From Parasitella parasitica NRRL 2501 (taxonomy: Eukaryota; Fungi; Mucoromycota), in NCBI GenBank assembly GCA_025201805.1, contig MU619295.1, positions 114,351 to 170,529 of the forward strand: DNA of 56,179 nucleotides, given 5' to 3'. Shown piece after piece: positions 11,056 through 21,346 of this stretch. Under the pieces are notes generated by a model that saw only the letters and a list, made by a program, of their open reading frames with translations, ran no database searches and had not been told where the DNA came from. The translations under genes were made by a program, and so were the position numbers. Each line of letters begins with the position of its first letter. The stretch's first letter is position 1.

Positions 11056-14000
11056 TCATCCTCCCTTCTATGAAAAGGTCTCAAGTCCACAACGTTCACC
11101 TTAGACAACGACTTGACGTCCCCTGGCTTCATGATACGATAGGCTGATCCGTCCTTGTTGGTTGCTTGGATAACTTGCCATGGGCCAAGCCAGCGTTCCT
11201 TGGGAAAACCACTCATCTTGTTGTGGTTTCGTCTCAGTACCAGGTCTCCAGTCTTGAATCTTGCTATTTCCTTTGATTTCTTGTCATATTGAGTTTTCTG
11301 GTACTGTTGTGCCTTCTTGATGTTGTCAATAGCCTTCGCATGTATGATTGGGATCTCTTGATTCAGAAAGTCAATCCATTGTCTAGTGTTGTAGTTCGAT
11401 TCTTGCTTTGCTTCCATGCTCGATAATAACGGAAGAGTAGCGGACCTGCCCAACATGACCTGGAATGGGGAAAACCTAGTGCTTGCTTGCTTTGCTGTGT
11501 TGTATGCGAATACCACGAATGGCAGATGTTGTGCCCATGCTTTCGAGTCTTGTCCCGTAACTATACCCAAGCTAGTCTTCAATGTGCGGTTCATTCTTTC
11601 AACTAAGCCGTCAGACTGTGGATGTTCTACTGATGTTGTCGATCTTGCTATTCCCAGTCGTTGGCACACCATGCCCATCGCTTGGGCCATGTAGTTCGAG
11701 CCGTTGTCGCTAATCAATCTTGATGGGAGTCCATATTTCAGCACTATTTCGTATAATAAGACTTGCACGATCGATGACGCCTCAAAGCTTTTCAATGGTA
11801 CTGCTACGACCCATTTCGACAGGTATTCCATGATAACTAAAAGGTAGCGTTCCCCAGTGTGTGATTCCGGCAAAGTCGCAATATCGGTTGCCCATATCTC
11901 CCCCACATATCTTGGCATGACTGGCTTCATTGGCGGTCTGGTGCTGTCATTTCGTACCTTGTAGCGTTGACACCCTTCGCATGTCTGGACCCAGTTAGCG
12001 ATATCAGCTCCCATGTTTGGCCACCAGCCAATTTCCTTTGCTTTTGCCAACGTCTTGTCGACTCCAAAGTGTCCAGCCGTGTTTTTCGAGTGGACGTGAA
12101 TCAGTACTTGCTCAATTAGACCCACTGGTACGAAAGGGACAACATGACCTTCTTCCTCGTAACAAACCAAACCATTGTGCCAAACATATGGTTTTCGGAC
12201 ACCCTCGCGTAACAGACATCGAATAGTAGGATCAGTTTTTTGCAGCTCTTGGAACATAGACAGAGTGATGTTTTTCAATTCAAAATCCTGTGCATTCACC
12301 TCTTGGATCCTAGATAGAGCATCTGCGTCGGTATTCAAGCTTCCCTTCTTGTGGATAATATCATAAGGTTGATATTCCTGCAAAGCCATAATCCATCGAG
12401 CTAGCCGACCCCTTGGTAGCTTGGTACTTAAAATGCTCTTCAAAGCTGCATGATCCGTGTAAATGGTGAACTTGCTGCCGTATAAGTAGGGATGAAATTG
12501 CTTAAGAGACCAAACAATTGCTAAACATTCCTTTTCCGTGGTTGAGTAGTTGGTTTCTGCACTGTTCAGAGTTCTACTTGCAAAAGCGATTGGGCGACCG
12601 AGTTGAACCACACAAGCACCTAGGCCCACATCCGATGCATCACAATGCAAATCATAAGGGAGTTGAGGATTTGGGTACGCTAGAGTCGGTAACGAGACTA
12701 AATCCTGCTTGATCTGGTCAAAAGCTTGCTGGGCCGCCTGTGTCCATGAGTAGTCCACGTCCTTCTTCAACAGTGCATACAGAGGTTTAGCCTTACTTGA
12801 CAGGCTGTCAATAAACTTGTGGTAAAATACAGCGAAACCGAGAAACCTGAGTAGTCCCTTCTTGTTCACCGGAGCCTTCCAGTCCTTGACCACCTTGACT
12901 TTCTCTGGGTTTGAGCGTATGCCTTCACCACTCACTAGAAATCCTAGAAACTTGACCTCTTTGTTGAACCACTGACATTTCTTCGGGTTGATACGTAAAT
13001 TGTATTCGGCTAACCGTTCCAAGAACCTTGCTACATCTTGCTTGTGTTGTTCCAGATTCTTGCTGAATATACACACATCATCACAGAAAAATATAGTCCT
13101 TTCCAAACCTCGCAAAACTATCGTCATTAGCCTGCTAAAGGAAGCTGGACCATTGACGCATCCGTAGGGCATAGAAACCCATTCGTACAGAGAGCCGTTT
13201 GCCTGGAATGCCGTTTTCTTTGCTGATCCATCATCTTTGTTTAGTGGTAGCTGCCAGAAACCCGATTTTAAGTCGCACGTGGAAAAGATGGAATAGCCTT
13301 GTAATTGTTCCAATAGATCAGAGATCAACGGTAGTGGGAACTTGTCCTTGACAGTGACTTTGTTCAAGTTTCGGTAATCCACGCAAAACCTAAAAGAACC
13401 GTCTGGTTTCTTGATAAGCACGACTGGCGAACACCATTCGCTGCTGCTTGGTACAATGACACCTTTTTTCAACATTACTTCCACTTCCTTGCGTATGGCC
13501 TCGTTCTCAGCTGGTGATCTTCTGAAGTCTCTTGTCACGGTCGGTGTAGCATTCCCCGTGTCTATAGAATGTGTATACGGAGCAGTGGCAACGCTTTGTT
13601 CCTCCTCTTCACGAGTTACCTGCGGAAATTGACTTAACAATTCCTCGACCACTAGGTCGGCATTGTTGCTGGCATGCGTCTTATTCTTGTAGACCCGCTT
13701 GCCCTTTGGATGCAACAAAATGTCTTCCTTCTGGAGCCAGTCCATTCCCAGTATAATGTCTTCGTTTTGACTTGGCACAATCAAAAGGAATACTCGACTC
13801 GATTCCTCGCTATTGAAAGTGAATTCCATAATAGCTTTACTGGTCGCCATCTGAGTAGTAGTATTGCCGTACTTGATCATCTGTTGCTGACACGCAAATT
13901 CCTCCAAGCCTAACCGATCCACCGTAAGTCTTGATACAGTACTGACTGTTGAGCCAGTGTCCACCAACACGTCTTGCTGCACCTGAGTCTTCTTCACCAG

Positions 14001-14549
14001 AACCTTGAGCTTGAACCTTTCGCCACCACGAGTGAAAACTTGATCTGTCTTATCCTGGACGTCTTGATTGTTACTGACCATAATGTGAGAGAAGATGTCT
14101 TCTTCCTCTTCTTCGAAATCACATTCCTGCTGTGGTTGCCTAGAGTCCGTCTTGACCTGCAGTTTCTGAGCGTTTTGCCTGTGGCCCTTGCTCCAGCAAT
14201 CCCGCTTGATATGCCCCATTTTCCCGCATTTATGGCATTTCTTGTTTTTGTTGGGATTCTCGGTTCTGCCCTTGCCAAAGTTACTCTTATACTCAGTATT
14301 CGCCTTGTCACCATAGTTGTTGCCACCGAAGTTCTTGCCTTCGAACTTGCCTTTTCCTTGGTACCGTTGTTGATAGTTTTGCTGTTCTTCCATAGTACTA
14401 ACAGGTTCAGGTTTGTACTGAATAGGACCCACAGGGATGGTCTTTTTGGCCCTCATCAACGATCGCTCAATTTCCGTAGCAATGTTGATACCTTCTACCA
14501 GATTCTTGGCCCCCCGCAGAATTACAGCCTGTTCCAGCTCTGGCTTCAA
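11040..14549 (-). CDS. pol: Gag C-terminus/NC plus Pol polyprotein (zinc knuckle, aspartic protease, RT, RNase H, integrase)
   Basis: Motifs are CHKCGKMGHIKRDC (CCHC), LVDTGS (PR), FRFCVDYRNLN, MPYG and FCDD (RT), CDASD (RH), H..GHFG..C..C and ATD/SDNG/VERMN (IN), and WLGPW (GPY/F). No chromodomain is seen. The stop codon lies inside the LTR. Confidence 0.95.
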   Translation of the reverse strand: MKPELEQAVILRGAKNLVEGINIATEIERSLMRAKKTIPVGPIQYKPEPVSTMEEQQNYQQRYQGKGKFEGKNFGGNNYGDKANTEYKSNFGKGRTENPNKNKKCHKCGKMGHIKRDCWSKGHRQNAQKLQVKTDSRQPQQECDFEEEEEDIFSHIMVSNNQDVQDKTDQVFTRGGERFKLKVLVKKTQVQQDVLVDTGSTVSTVSRLTVDRLGLEEFACQQQMIKYGNTTTQMATSKAIMEFTFNSEESSRVFLLIVPSQNEDIILGMDWLQKEDILLHPKGKRVYKNKTHASNNADLVVEELLSQFPQVTREEEEQSVATAPYTHSIDTGNATPTVTRDFRRSPAENEAIRKEVEVMLKKGVIVPSSSEWCSPVVLIKKPDGSFRFCVDYRNLNKVTVKDKFPLPLISDLLEQLQGYSIFSTCDLKSGFWQLPLNKDDGSAKKTAFQANGSLYEWVSMPYGCVNGPASFSRLMTIVLRGLERTIFFCDDVCIFSKNLEQHKQDVARFLERLAEYNLRINPKKCQWFNKEVKFLGFLVSGEGIRSNPEKVKVVKDWKAPVNKKGLLRFLGFAVFYHKFIDSLSSKAKPLYALLKKDVDYSWTQAAQQAFDQIKQDLVSLPTLAYPNPQLPYDLHCDASDVGLGACVVQLGRPIAFASRTLNSAETNYSTTEKECLAIVWSLKQFHPYLYGSKFTIYTDHAALKSILSTKLPRGRLARWIMALQEYQPYDIIHKKGSLNTDADALSRIQEVNAQDFELKNITLSMFQELQKTDPTIRCLLREGVRKPYVWHNGLVCYEEEGHVVPFVPVGLIEQVLIHVHSKNTAGHFGVDKTLAKAKEIGWWPNMGADIANWVQTCEGCQRYKVRNDSTRPPMKPVMPRYVGEIWATDIATLPESHTGERYLLVIMEYLSKWVVAVPLKSFEASSIVQVLLYEIVLKYGLPSRLISDNGSNYMAQAMGMVCQRLGIARSTTSVEHPQSDGLVERMNRTLKTSLGIVTGQDSKAWAQHLPFVVFAYNTAKQASTRFSPFQVMLGRSATLPLLSSMEAKQESNYNTRQWIDFLNQEIPIIHAKAIDNIKKAQQYQKTQYDKKSKEIARFKTGDLVLRRNHNKMSGFPKERWLGPWQVIQATNKDGSAYRIMKPGDVKSLSKVNVVDLRPFHRREDDVVIV
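11056..11069 (-). other. polypurine tract (AGAAGGGAGGATGA)
   Basis: Purine run immediately before the TG of the 3' LTR. Confidence 0.8.
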
Positions 14550-14550
14550 T

Positions 14551-15726
14551 CTATCCTTTAAGTAGTCTAGTTGTATGCTTGGTTGCTCTTTGAAGTAAAC
14601 TAGTGATTTCCGGACCGAATGTCTTCATGGGTTTGTCGCCCTGCTTGTATGTCTTCAATTCATCATAGGCTATCAAGGTAGGGTCACTTCCCTGCGCATG
14701 CATGTGAAGGAAAGCCGTCTTCACTTCCTTCCAGTTATCCTTGATGTTGGGTTCCAAGCCTATGTACCAGTCCAAAGCATCACCACCAAAGACAGCGACC
14801 AGTTCTTCTGTCTTTTCATTATCTGTAAACCCCAGATAATCAGCCAATACCTCGTAACGATTTAGCCATTGTTGCGCCTCATGGGGAGTTCCTCGTTCAA
14901 ACGAACTGAACTTGTGTCTTCGTCTTCTCTCCAAAAAGACAGGATCCAACTTTTTGGCTAGTTGACCCTTAGCCTCAACCGGTTTCGTGGTAATCTTGGC
15001 CTGATTGCTCCTTTGCACCTGAGCTTCCAATACAGCTATTCTGTTACGTAGATATAGTGTCTCTGATGATTCCTGAGGACCTTCCTGCACTTGTACTCCT
15101 GCTGCCCCCCTAGTAATAGTGCTAGCGTTATACGTTCCCGTGATCATGTATTGATAGTCCATTGGCAGACCCAAGTCTTGACAAGCTTCCAGAGTAGGCC
15201 AGTTGAACTCATGTACCAAATCGTTCATGTTCCCTCCCGGACCAGCATGTAGAATACTCGTCATAGTATTCAAGATGTCAGACCTCGTATAGTCTACCAA
15301 ACCGTCGTAGTGTTCCAACATAGCCCGATCTGCCTCAGCCAGTTGGTGTCGTTCCTGAATTAAGCCTTGTAACTGCATTCGCCCGTGAGGATGAATATGT
15401 TCCAGCGTGTTCGTTATCATTTGCGCCTGTGATAACTTGTCATTCATATTGTCAATCAAGGCTTGACGTTGACCCGTGAAGTACCGGACCAGACCTTCGT
15501 ATTCAGCCTTAGCATTGAGAAACATTTCCCGAACAGATTCGCCATCATGCTGCGAGCCTTGCTCCATCGCAGACAAAGGGATCTTGAAACCTCGAACATC
15601 CGATAAGTCAGGAGGAGCCTGAGTATCACCACTCACCTCTCCTTCCTTGGGGATAGACTTGAAACTACCCTTACTGCCTTGACTACCATCGGTCTTGTTT
15701 AAATTTGCACCTTCGTTGTTTGCCAT
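14551..15726 (-). CDS. gag: retrotransposon Gag (N-terminal part), frameshifted relative to the downstream ORF
   Basis: Retrotrans_gag-like segment AQQWLNRYE...FGGDALDWY...WKEVKTAF...YKQGD. The ATG lies just after the PBS. Confidence 0.85.
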   Translation of the reverse strand: MANNEGANLNKTDGSQGSKGSFKSIPKEGEVSGDTQAPPDLSDVRGFKIPLSAMEQGSQHDGESVREMFLNAKAEYEGLVRYFTGQRQALIDNMNDKLSQAQMITNTLEHIHPHGRMQLQGLIQERHQLAEADRAMLEHYDGLVDYTRSDILNTMTSILHAGPGGNMNDLVHEFNWPTLEACQDLGLPMDYQYMITGTYNASTITRGAAGVQVQEGPQESSETLYLRNRIAVLEAQVQRSNQAKITTKPVEAKGQLAKKLDPVFLERRRRHKFSSFERGTPHEAQQWLNRYEVLADYLGFTDNEKTEELVAVFGGDALDWYIGLEPNIKDNWKEVKTAFLHMHAQGSDPTLIAYDELKTYKQGDKPMKTFGPEITSLLQRATKHTTRLLKG

Positions 15727-15733
15727 TTTAGCT

Positions 15734-15742
15734 TCTCCACCA
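15734..15742 (-). other. primer-binding site TGGTGGAGA (tRNA-Ala-like)
   Basis: It starts 1 nt after the CA end of the 5' LTR and is complementary to a 3' end ...UCUCCACCA, typical of eukaryotic tRNA-Ala. Confidence 0.65.
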
Positions 15743-15743
15743 A

Positions 15744-15841
15744 TGTAATATCCGAGATTGTGTAACTAATGCTTTTTTTTGTGAATCATAAGATAATCCT
15801 TTATTTGATAAAATTGTTATGAGTATTTATACTTTAGAGAT
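15744..15841 (-). repeat. 5' LTR (partial, runs into the assembly gap)
   Basis: Matches 10814-10908 apart from one substitution and a T5/T8 homopolymer difference. Confidence 0.9.
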
Positions 15842-16771
15842 NNNNNNNNNNNNNNNNNNNNNNNNNNNNNNNNNNNNNNNNNNNNNNNNNNNNNNNNNNN
15901 NNNNNNNNNNNNNNNNNNNNNNNNNNNNNNNNNNNNNNNNNNNNNNNNNNNNNNNNNNNNNNNNNNNNNNNNNNNNNNNNNNNNNNNNNNNNNNNNNNNN
16001 NNNNNNNNNNNNNNNNNNNNNNNNNNNNNNNNNNNNNNNNNNNNNNNNNNNNNNNNNNNNNNNNNNNNNNNNNNNNNNNNNNNNNNNNNNNNNNNNNNNN
16101 NNNNNNNNNNNNNNNNNNNNNNNNNNNNNNNNNNNNNNNNNNNNNNNNNNNNNNNNNNNNNNNNNNNNNNNNNNNNNNNNNNNNNNNNNNNNNNNNNNNN
16201 NNNNNNNNNNNNNNNNNNNNNNNNNNNNNNNNNNNNNNNNNNNNNNNNNNNNNNNNNNNNNNNNNNNNNNNNNNNNNNNNNNNNNNNNNNNNNNNNNNNN
16301 NNNNNNNNNNNNNNNNNNNNNNNNNNNNNNNNNNNNNNNNNNNNNNNNNNNNNNNNNNNNNNNNNNNNNNNNNNNNNNNNNNNNNNNNNNNNNNNNNNNN
16401 NNNNNNNNNNNNNNNNNNNNNNNNNNNNNNNNNNNNNNNNNNNNNNNNNNNNNNNNNNNNNNNNNNNNNNNNNNNNNNNNNNNNNNNNNNNNNNNNNNNN
16501 NNNNNNNNNNNNNNNNNNNNNNNNNNNNNNNNNNNNNNNNNNNNNNNNNNNNNNNNNNNNNNNNNNNNNNNNNNNNNNNNNNNNNNNNNNNNNNNNNNNN
16601 NNNNNNNNNNNNNNNNNNNNNNNNNNNNNNNNNNNNNNNNNNNNNNNNNNNNNNNNNNNNNNNNNNNNNNNNNNNNNNNNNNNNNNNNNNNNNNNNNNNN
16701 NNNNNNNNNNNNNNNNNNNNNNNNNNNNNNNNNNNNNNNNNNNNNNNNNNNNNNNNNNNNNNNNNNNNNNN
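15842..16771. other. assembly gap (930 N)
   Basis: Run of N. ORF-track entries crossing it are artefacts. Confidence 1.
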
Positions 16772-19700
16772 GAAAACTACCACAATACGGAGGAATTGGT
16801 CATGGCAAGGATAGCCATCGAGCCCTCCACTACCAAGTTGTGCTAGCAACTCGTCTGAATTTCAAGTCCTTCAACAGACGGAACCTTGGTCACCTTTCGG
16901 TCAAGCACAATTCCACAACAGAGGCATAGAAAAGCGTTTATTTCAAAACAAAAAAAAAATTGGCCTTTTTTAAAAGGGCTGATGACGTAAATACTGTCGA
17001 AAATGAAAATTATAAAAACAAGTCCAGATTGCTTATTACTGGTTGGATTGTGCTAGTTCGATCTAGCATATTCAATAGCTGCGATGTATAATAAATACAT
17101 TATTTTATTCATAGTAAACATACAAAGAGAATGTGTTGTGAAATAAGCTATCTAAATCATACCTTTATGTTCAAGGTAGTCTTTAAAAAGCTTACAGTTG
17201 TCTATTGACAAACATCCGTGATTAGATTCTGGGTGTAAGTGTGTCTGTTGACTTTGGATTAAAAACCTTTAACTGGATTCAGAAACGAAGAGCAAGATTG
17301 AAGATAAACTTTATTTATGTCCTAAATTTCTAAAAAGATAATTTTCTATGAATGGGTTTGTTGTCCTGGTGGCAGATTGGTTCCTTTTCTTTGGCACTTT
17401 CTTACACCTTCAGTTGATCTGGCATCCTCTAGTGTAGAAGGTTTTATCAGACAAATATCTAGTTGAATTCTCTATATCCAGTTGCGCAGTAGAACAGCTA
17501 GTCAAACCTGTACCATCTTTTCCATAATATAGGAATGGTTCAAAAGTGTGTGTCTTTGCAAAGCCAGCGTAGATTTTAGGCGCCTGATTTTTTTTTTTTT
17601 TTTTTTTGGTCTACGCGAACTTCAGTGTGTTATTGTCAAAAAAAAAAGAAAAAAAAAACTGTAAGAAAACAAGGTTTAGCAATCTCAAACACAAAAAAAA
17701 TTAATGCAAAGTAATGAATTAAACTATAAGGCACCTTTTGATTACGTATTTGCATAGCTTAAACCAAGTTTTTGTACTTTTTAAGTTGACATCAGATGAA
17801 GGTAGCGACTTCTCTGACTTTTTTCGGAAAAGTATTTTTCAAAATCGGAGCGTGAGATCGTCAGGTCAGGTGCAGATATGAAAAAACTACCATTAGAAAG
17901 CCATGACGCACACAATTTAAATAAACTAGGTTTTAATTGTTTTTCTCTTAAATTGTTTAAGCTATGGTTTCTCAAAGCTAATGCTTTTTCAATGAAAACA
18001 TCGTTTTTATAGCGGAGATTAAACTGGTCCAAAATCAGGAAGAAAAAATTCTTTCAAAAACTCAATTTGGACAATTGAAAAACAAAATTACTTCTTTAAG
18101 ACAAGATATCATCTTTTGGTACTATGTATACCACAGCTGTCAGTCTATGATAAATGCTGCATATTTGGGCATGCTAAACGATGGCGTTATTTTCATAATC
18201 GCCGTATGCCTATGGAAGGAATTCTACCGAAAAACATCAAAAACAGATTAAGAGGGAAAAGTCAATATTTTGCTTAATCAGAGCGCATTTGCAGTCTTTC
18301 AGATCAAGGATTGGTCTTTTACAATCATTTTCCTCCAATATATGTCATAGTAAAAAGTTGCATTTTTGAGGTCAAAATCGAGGATAATGCATAATCGATG
18401 ATTTTGGATGCGTGGGTACAAGGAAAAAATCGAAAAAATCCGTCATTTCGCATCGAAAAAAAAATCATGCTCAAATTGCATCAAAATCATATATAATATA
18501 GATTTTCCCCAATGGATACTATTTCTCGTGTTTTCAGGGCACTTTTGATTACAAAAATCAATCAAAAAATGCACACGAAGCTAAATTTCTTGCTTTCAAG
18601 CTGTAAAAAATATCTAGCTGGAGACAAAATTACATCAATATCAATTCTAGTGCATGACAAAGCCTTATAAAGTTAGTATTTTTGATGCCACTAGTAATTT
18701 TTCTTGATAGTAATATGATAAAATAGGTGCGGTTCATCGATTCGGAAGTAGAAGAGGATAACTCATAAGTTGTTAATTGCTAGTGACAGAGAAGCCCTAT
18801 TACCATTGATGCTCATAATAATGCTCAATGTCAGCTCAAGGGCTCCTTTTTTGTGATTCTAATGCTAGACATATGAAATAGAAAGTAGAATAGAGAGGTT
18901 GGGGGTATTTTTACTAAAAAAAAGTTAAGTTTTATAATAAGCTTCTGGTAGATTCCAGGTCCCAGGCACTGTACTGTAGAGTTTCAAATTTTGAATAGGG
19001 GATAACTTGCTATACCAAACACTTCTTTATACCGTTATACCGAGTCCCGACTGTATATTTCTTACTTGGTATTATATATGCTCACTTAACTCAACAGAAG
19101 TAACATAAAATGATAATGCGAATTCATAAAAATGGAGATTGCCACTTGCTGAATCTTCTATGATTTTTCATTGTGTAAATGCATAATTTGACGGATACGT
19201 ACAAATTAATGCGTTATTAGTATGCAGTTTAATACTTTGATACTTTGATAAATTGATACTTTGATACTTCGATGATTTATGATTTAAGCATTCTTTAGTT
19301 TAAATACCTATGCAGTTCTATAGATTTGTCTAAATATTTGAGCTTATTTGGATGTCTATTATCTAACGGATATATCTGAAATAATTTATCAATAATGAAA
19401 TTCACATAATTTTGTATTGTGGCCCGTTGAGTGATTGTTCACTTTCAGATATCTGAAGTACATGTCGTTAGTGTCGATAAAAAATTTACATTGCATTGAA
19501 AGTTGGGATAATAAAAAAACCCATATAGTCATTAATTTTAAAATACATATTGCCCTGCACAGTGGCTGTTTGATTAAAATAAAAGGTTTGTTATCAGATA
19601 TTATCACAATCACCATGACCTTTATCATTTACTTGAATTTTTTTTTTAGAAACCATTAAAAGGCTGTATACACCCATTCACTCTGTTCTTGAAGAGTAGT

Positions 19701-20480
19701 CATCAACAAGAGCTAAATAAGTCATTTATTTACTACCGTAATCGAAATAAAATCCTTTCACAGGCAATTTTTTGAAGGAAACAAAACAAAAAAAAAAAGG
19801 CACATAACGTCTAACAGGAGCGATTTTAGATTCATACATCAATCTTTATTTCTGACAAAAGCAAAGTATATGATGCCTTCAAAAGGAAGATCTTCGCTTG
19901 AGGGTTGCGGATAACAAGGACCAGTATGAGAAATAATCATAAGGGGTTGAGAACAGCCTGTTTTCAAAGATACCTACTGCTGGGGATTGGTAAATGTAAG
20001 GTTTTGTTACGACGCGATAATATACTTCTTTTTTTTTTGTGGCCATCATAGTAGATAGGCAATACTTTTATTATTTTAAATTAAGACTTGATATATACTC
20101 TGCTATAACGTGTATATAGCACAACGTAGCGCATTGCAAGAGATCGTGAGGTCTCCATTAGTTGGCTGGGTGGAGTTAGCAAAGGGAATATTGATATTAG
20201 ACTTTCAAGATTTTCTACTGAATCAAGGTGAGACACCAAGAGCCAAAACCAGCATGCAAAACAACTTAGAAAAGAGGTGGAGTAGGAGAACAAACACACA
20301 AAATCAAGATATCAGTGCTACATCCAATATCAAAATCAAAATGACCACACCAGGGTTCAAAGTGTTGACCAACCGTTTGGCAAACGGACATTCTACACTT
20401 CGGACCAACCACCAAAGCCTTATACTCATAGATCAAGAATGATGAGAAGGAAAATCAAAATTTGCAGCTATAATTGGATG

Positions 20481-20630
20481 TATCTGCTTAGATATTCGCC
20501 TGTATTAAACGCAATTGAACAGGTTTTGGCAATCTTTAAGGGAAAGTTGAAAAATGTCTAATAGAATTGCTGAGACATGTAATACCAAACTTGCTGAAAC
20601 TCTATGCAACTCTACCAGTCATTCTAATCT
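20481..20630 (+). pseudogene. Tc1/mariner (IS630, DDE_3) transposase C-terminal relic
   Basis: YLLRYSPVLNAIEQVLAIFKGKLK resembles the YLPPYSPELNPIE motif and is followed by RIAETCN...SHS. The segment is interrupted by a stop. Confidence 0.65.
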
Positions 20631-20800
20631 TGACATTTCTCTTACTTCAAAAAGACAAAATTTACTGTTTTCACTGTAGTGTACAACCAGCTCCTTTTTT
20701 GACATTTTCATATTAGAGAAAAGTTAAAAATAAACAGTGTTACATGTAATTCATTGTGCAACTTGTCTAAATATATTGATATATCTGATTTATTTTATTT

Positions 20801-21346
20801 TCAGTTGCACATATCAGTGGCAGATACAGGCACTAGAAAATCGTCATTTGCTGTTGTTTTTTCATTTTTGTAATTTGTTGATAATCCTGTAAAGAATAGA
20901 GGATCAGCACACATGGTCGTATTTATTGAAAGGATCGGCCGCTTCTTGTTCTTTTTGTTTTCTTGCTGGAAATAGTGATCGGCAATGTTCTTTGATGTGG
21001 CTGTCGAAGGTGGTGTATTGGGACTATTCTCTGCACTAGAGATGCATCCTTCATCCATTGAATCTGAAGCCAAATTTGGCACATTATCGATATTTAATGA
21101 CAGGCGAGGAGGTAGGATGGTTGGATTTAATTTATAGAGCACAGGCGCTGAAAACATGTCTGAGCGGTCATATTCGTCTGAGGAATATGTTTCCAAAACA
21201 GTTACTTTTTCGGCAAATTTAACAGATTTCATGGTACGTTTACGTTTGAGGATTGTTGGAGTGTTGTCAAGAGTGACGGCAGCAATGGTAGCAGTTGTTG
21301 TGAAAACTTGGTTATTGATTTGATGATTGAAGAGGATAGAATTCAT
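20801..21346 (-). CDS. small disordered protein with a PP1-docking module (RVxF plus TYSxxEYDR, Bni4/spinophilin-like)
   Basis: Single-exon 181-aa ORF containing KSVKFAEKVTVLETYSSDEYDR. TATA-like tracts lie upstream. Confidence 0.7.
   Translation of the reverse strand: MNSILFNHQINNQVFTTTATIAAVTLDNTPTILKRKRTMKSVKFAEKVTVLETYSSDEYDRSDMFSAPVLYKLNPTILPPRLSLNIDNVPNLASDSMDEGCISSAENSPNTPPSTATSKNIADHYFQQENKKNKKRPILSINTTMCADPLFFTGLSTNYKNEKTTANDDFLVPVSATDMCN

Larger units (their letters stand above)
10814..15841 (-). mobile_element. Ty3/Gypsy LTR retrotransposon (5' LTR truncated by the N gap)
   Basis: Direct-repeat LTRs start at 10814 and 15744. A PBS and PPT are present. Domain order is gag, PR, RT, RH, IN, the Gypsy order. 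Confidence 0.95.

Noticed and set aside
15819-16849. 331/340-aa ORFs in the track
   Set aside because: They consist of the N gap and are artefacts.
17200-18032. Short minus-strand open frames, possibly a decayed gene
   Set aside because: No recognisable domain or consistent splice model.
19232-19285. TTTGATAC-type short tandem repeats (similar TTGTCAA repeats at about 29223-29260)
   Set aside because: Degenerate minisatellites without spacers, so not a CRISPR-like array.
20110-20442. 110-aa ORF ending NGHSTLRTNHQSL, weakly like Gypsy RNase H (FTLxTDHxxL)
   Set aside because: Only one short degenerate motif, which is insufficient.
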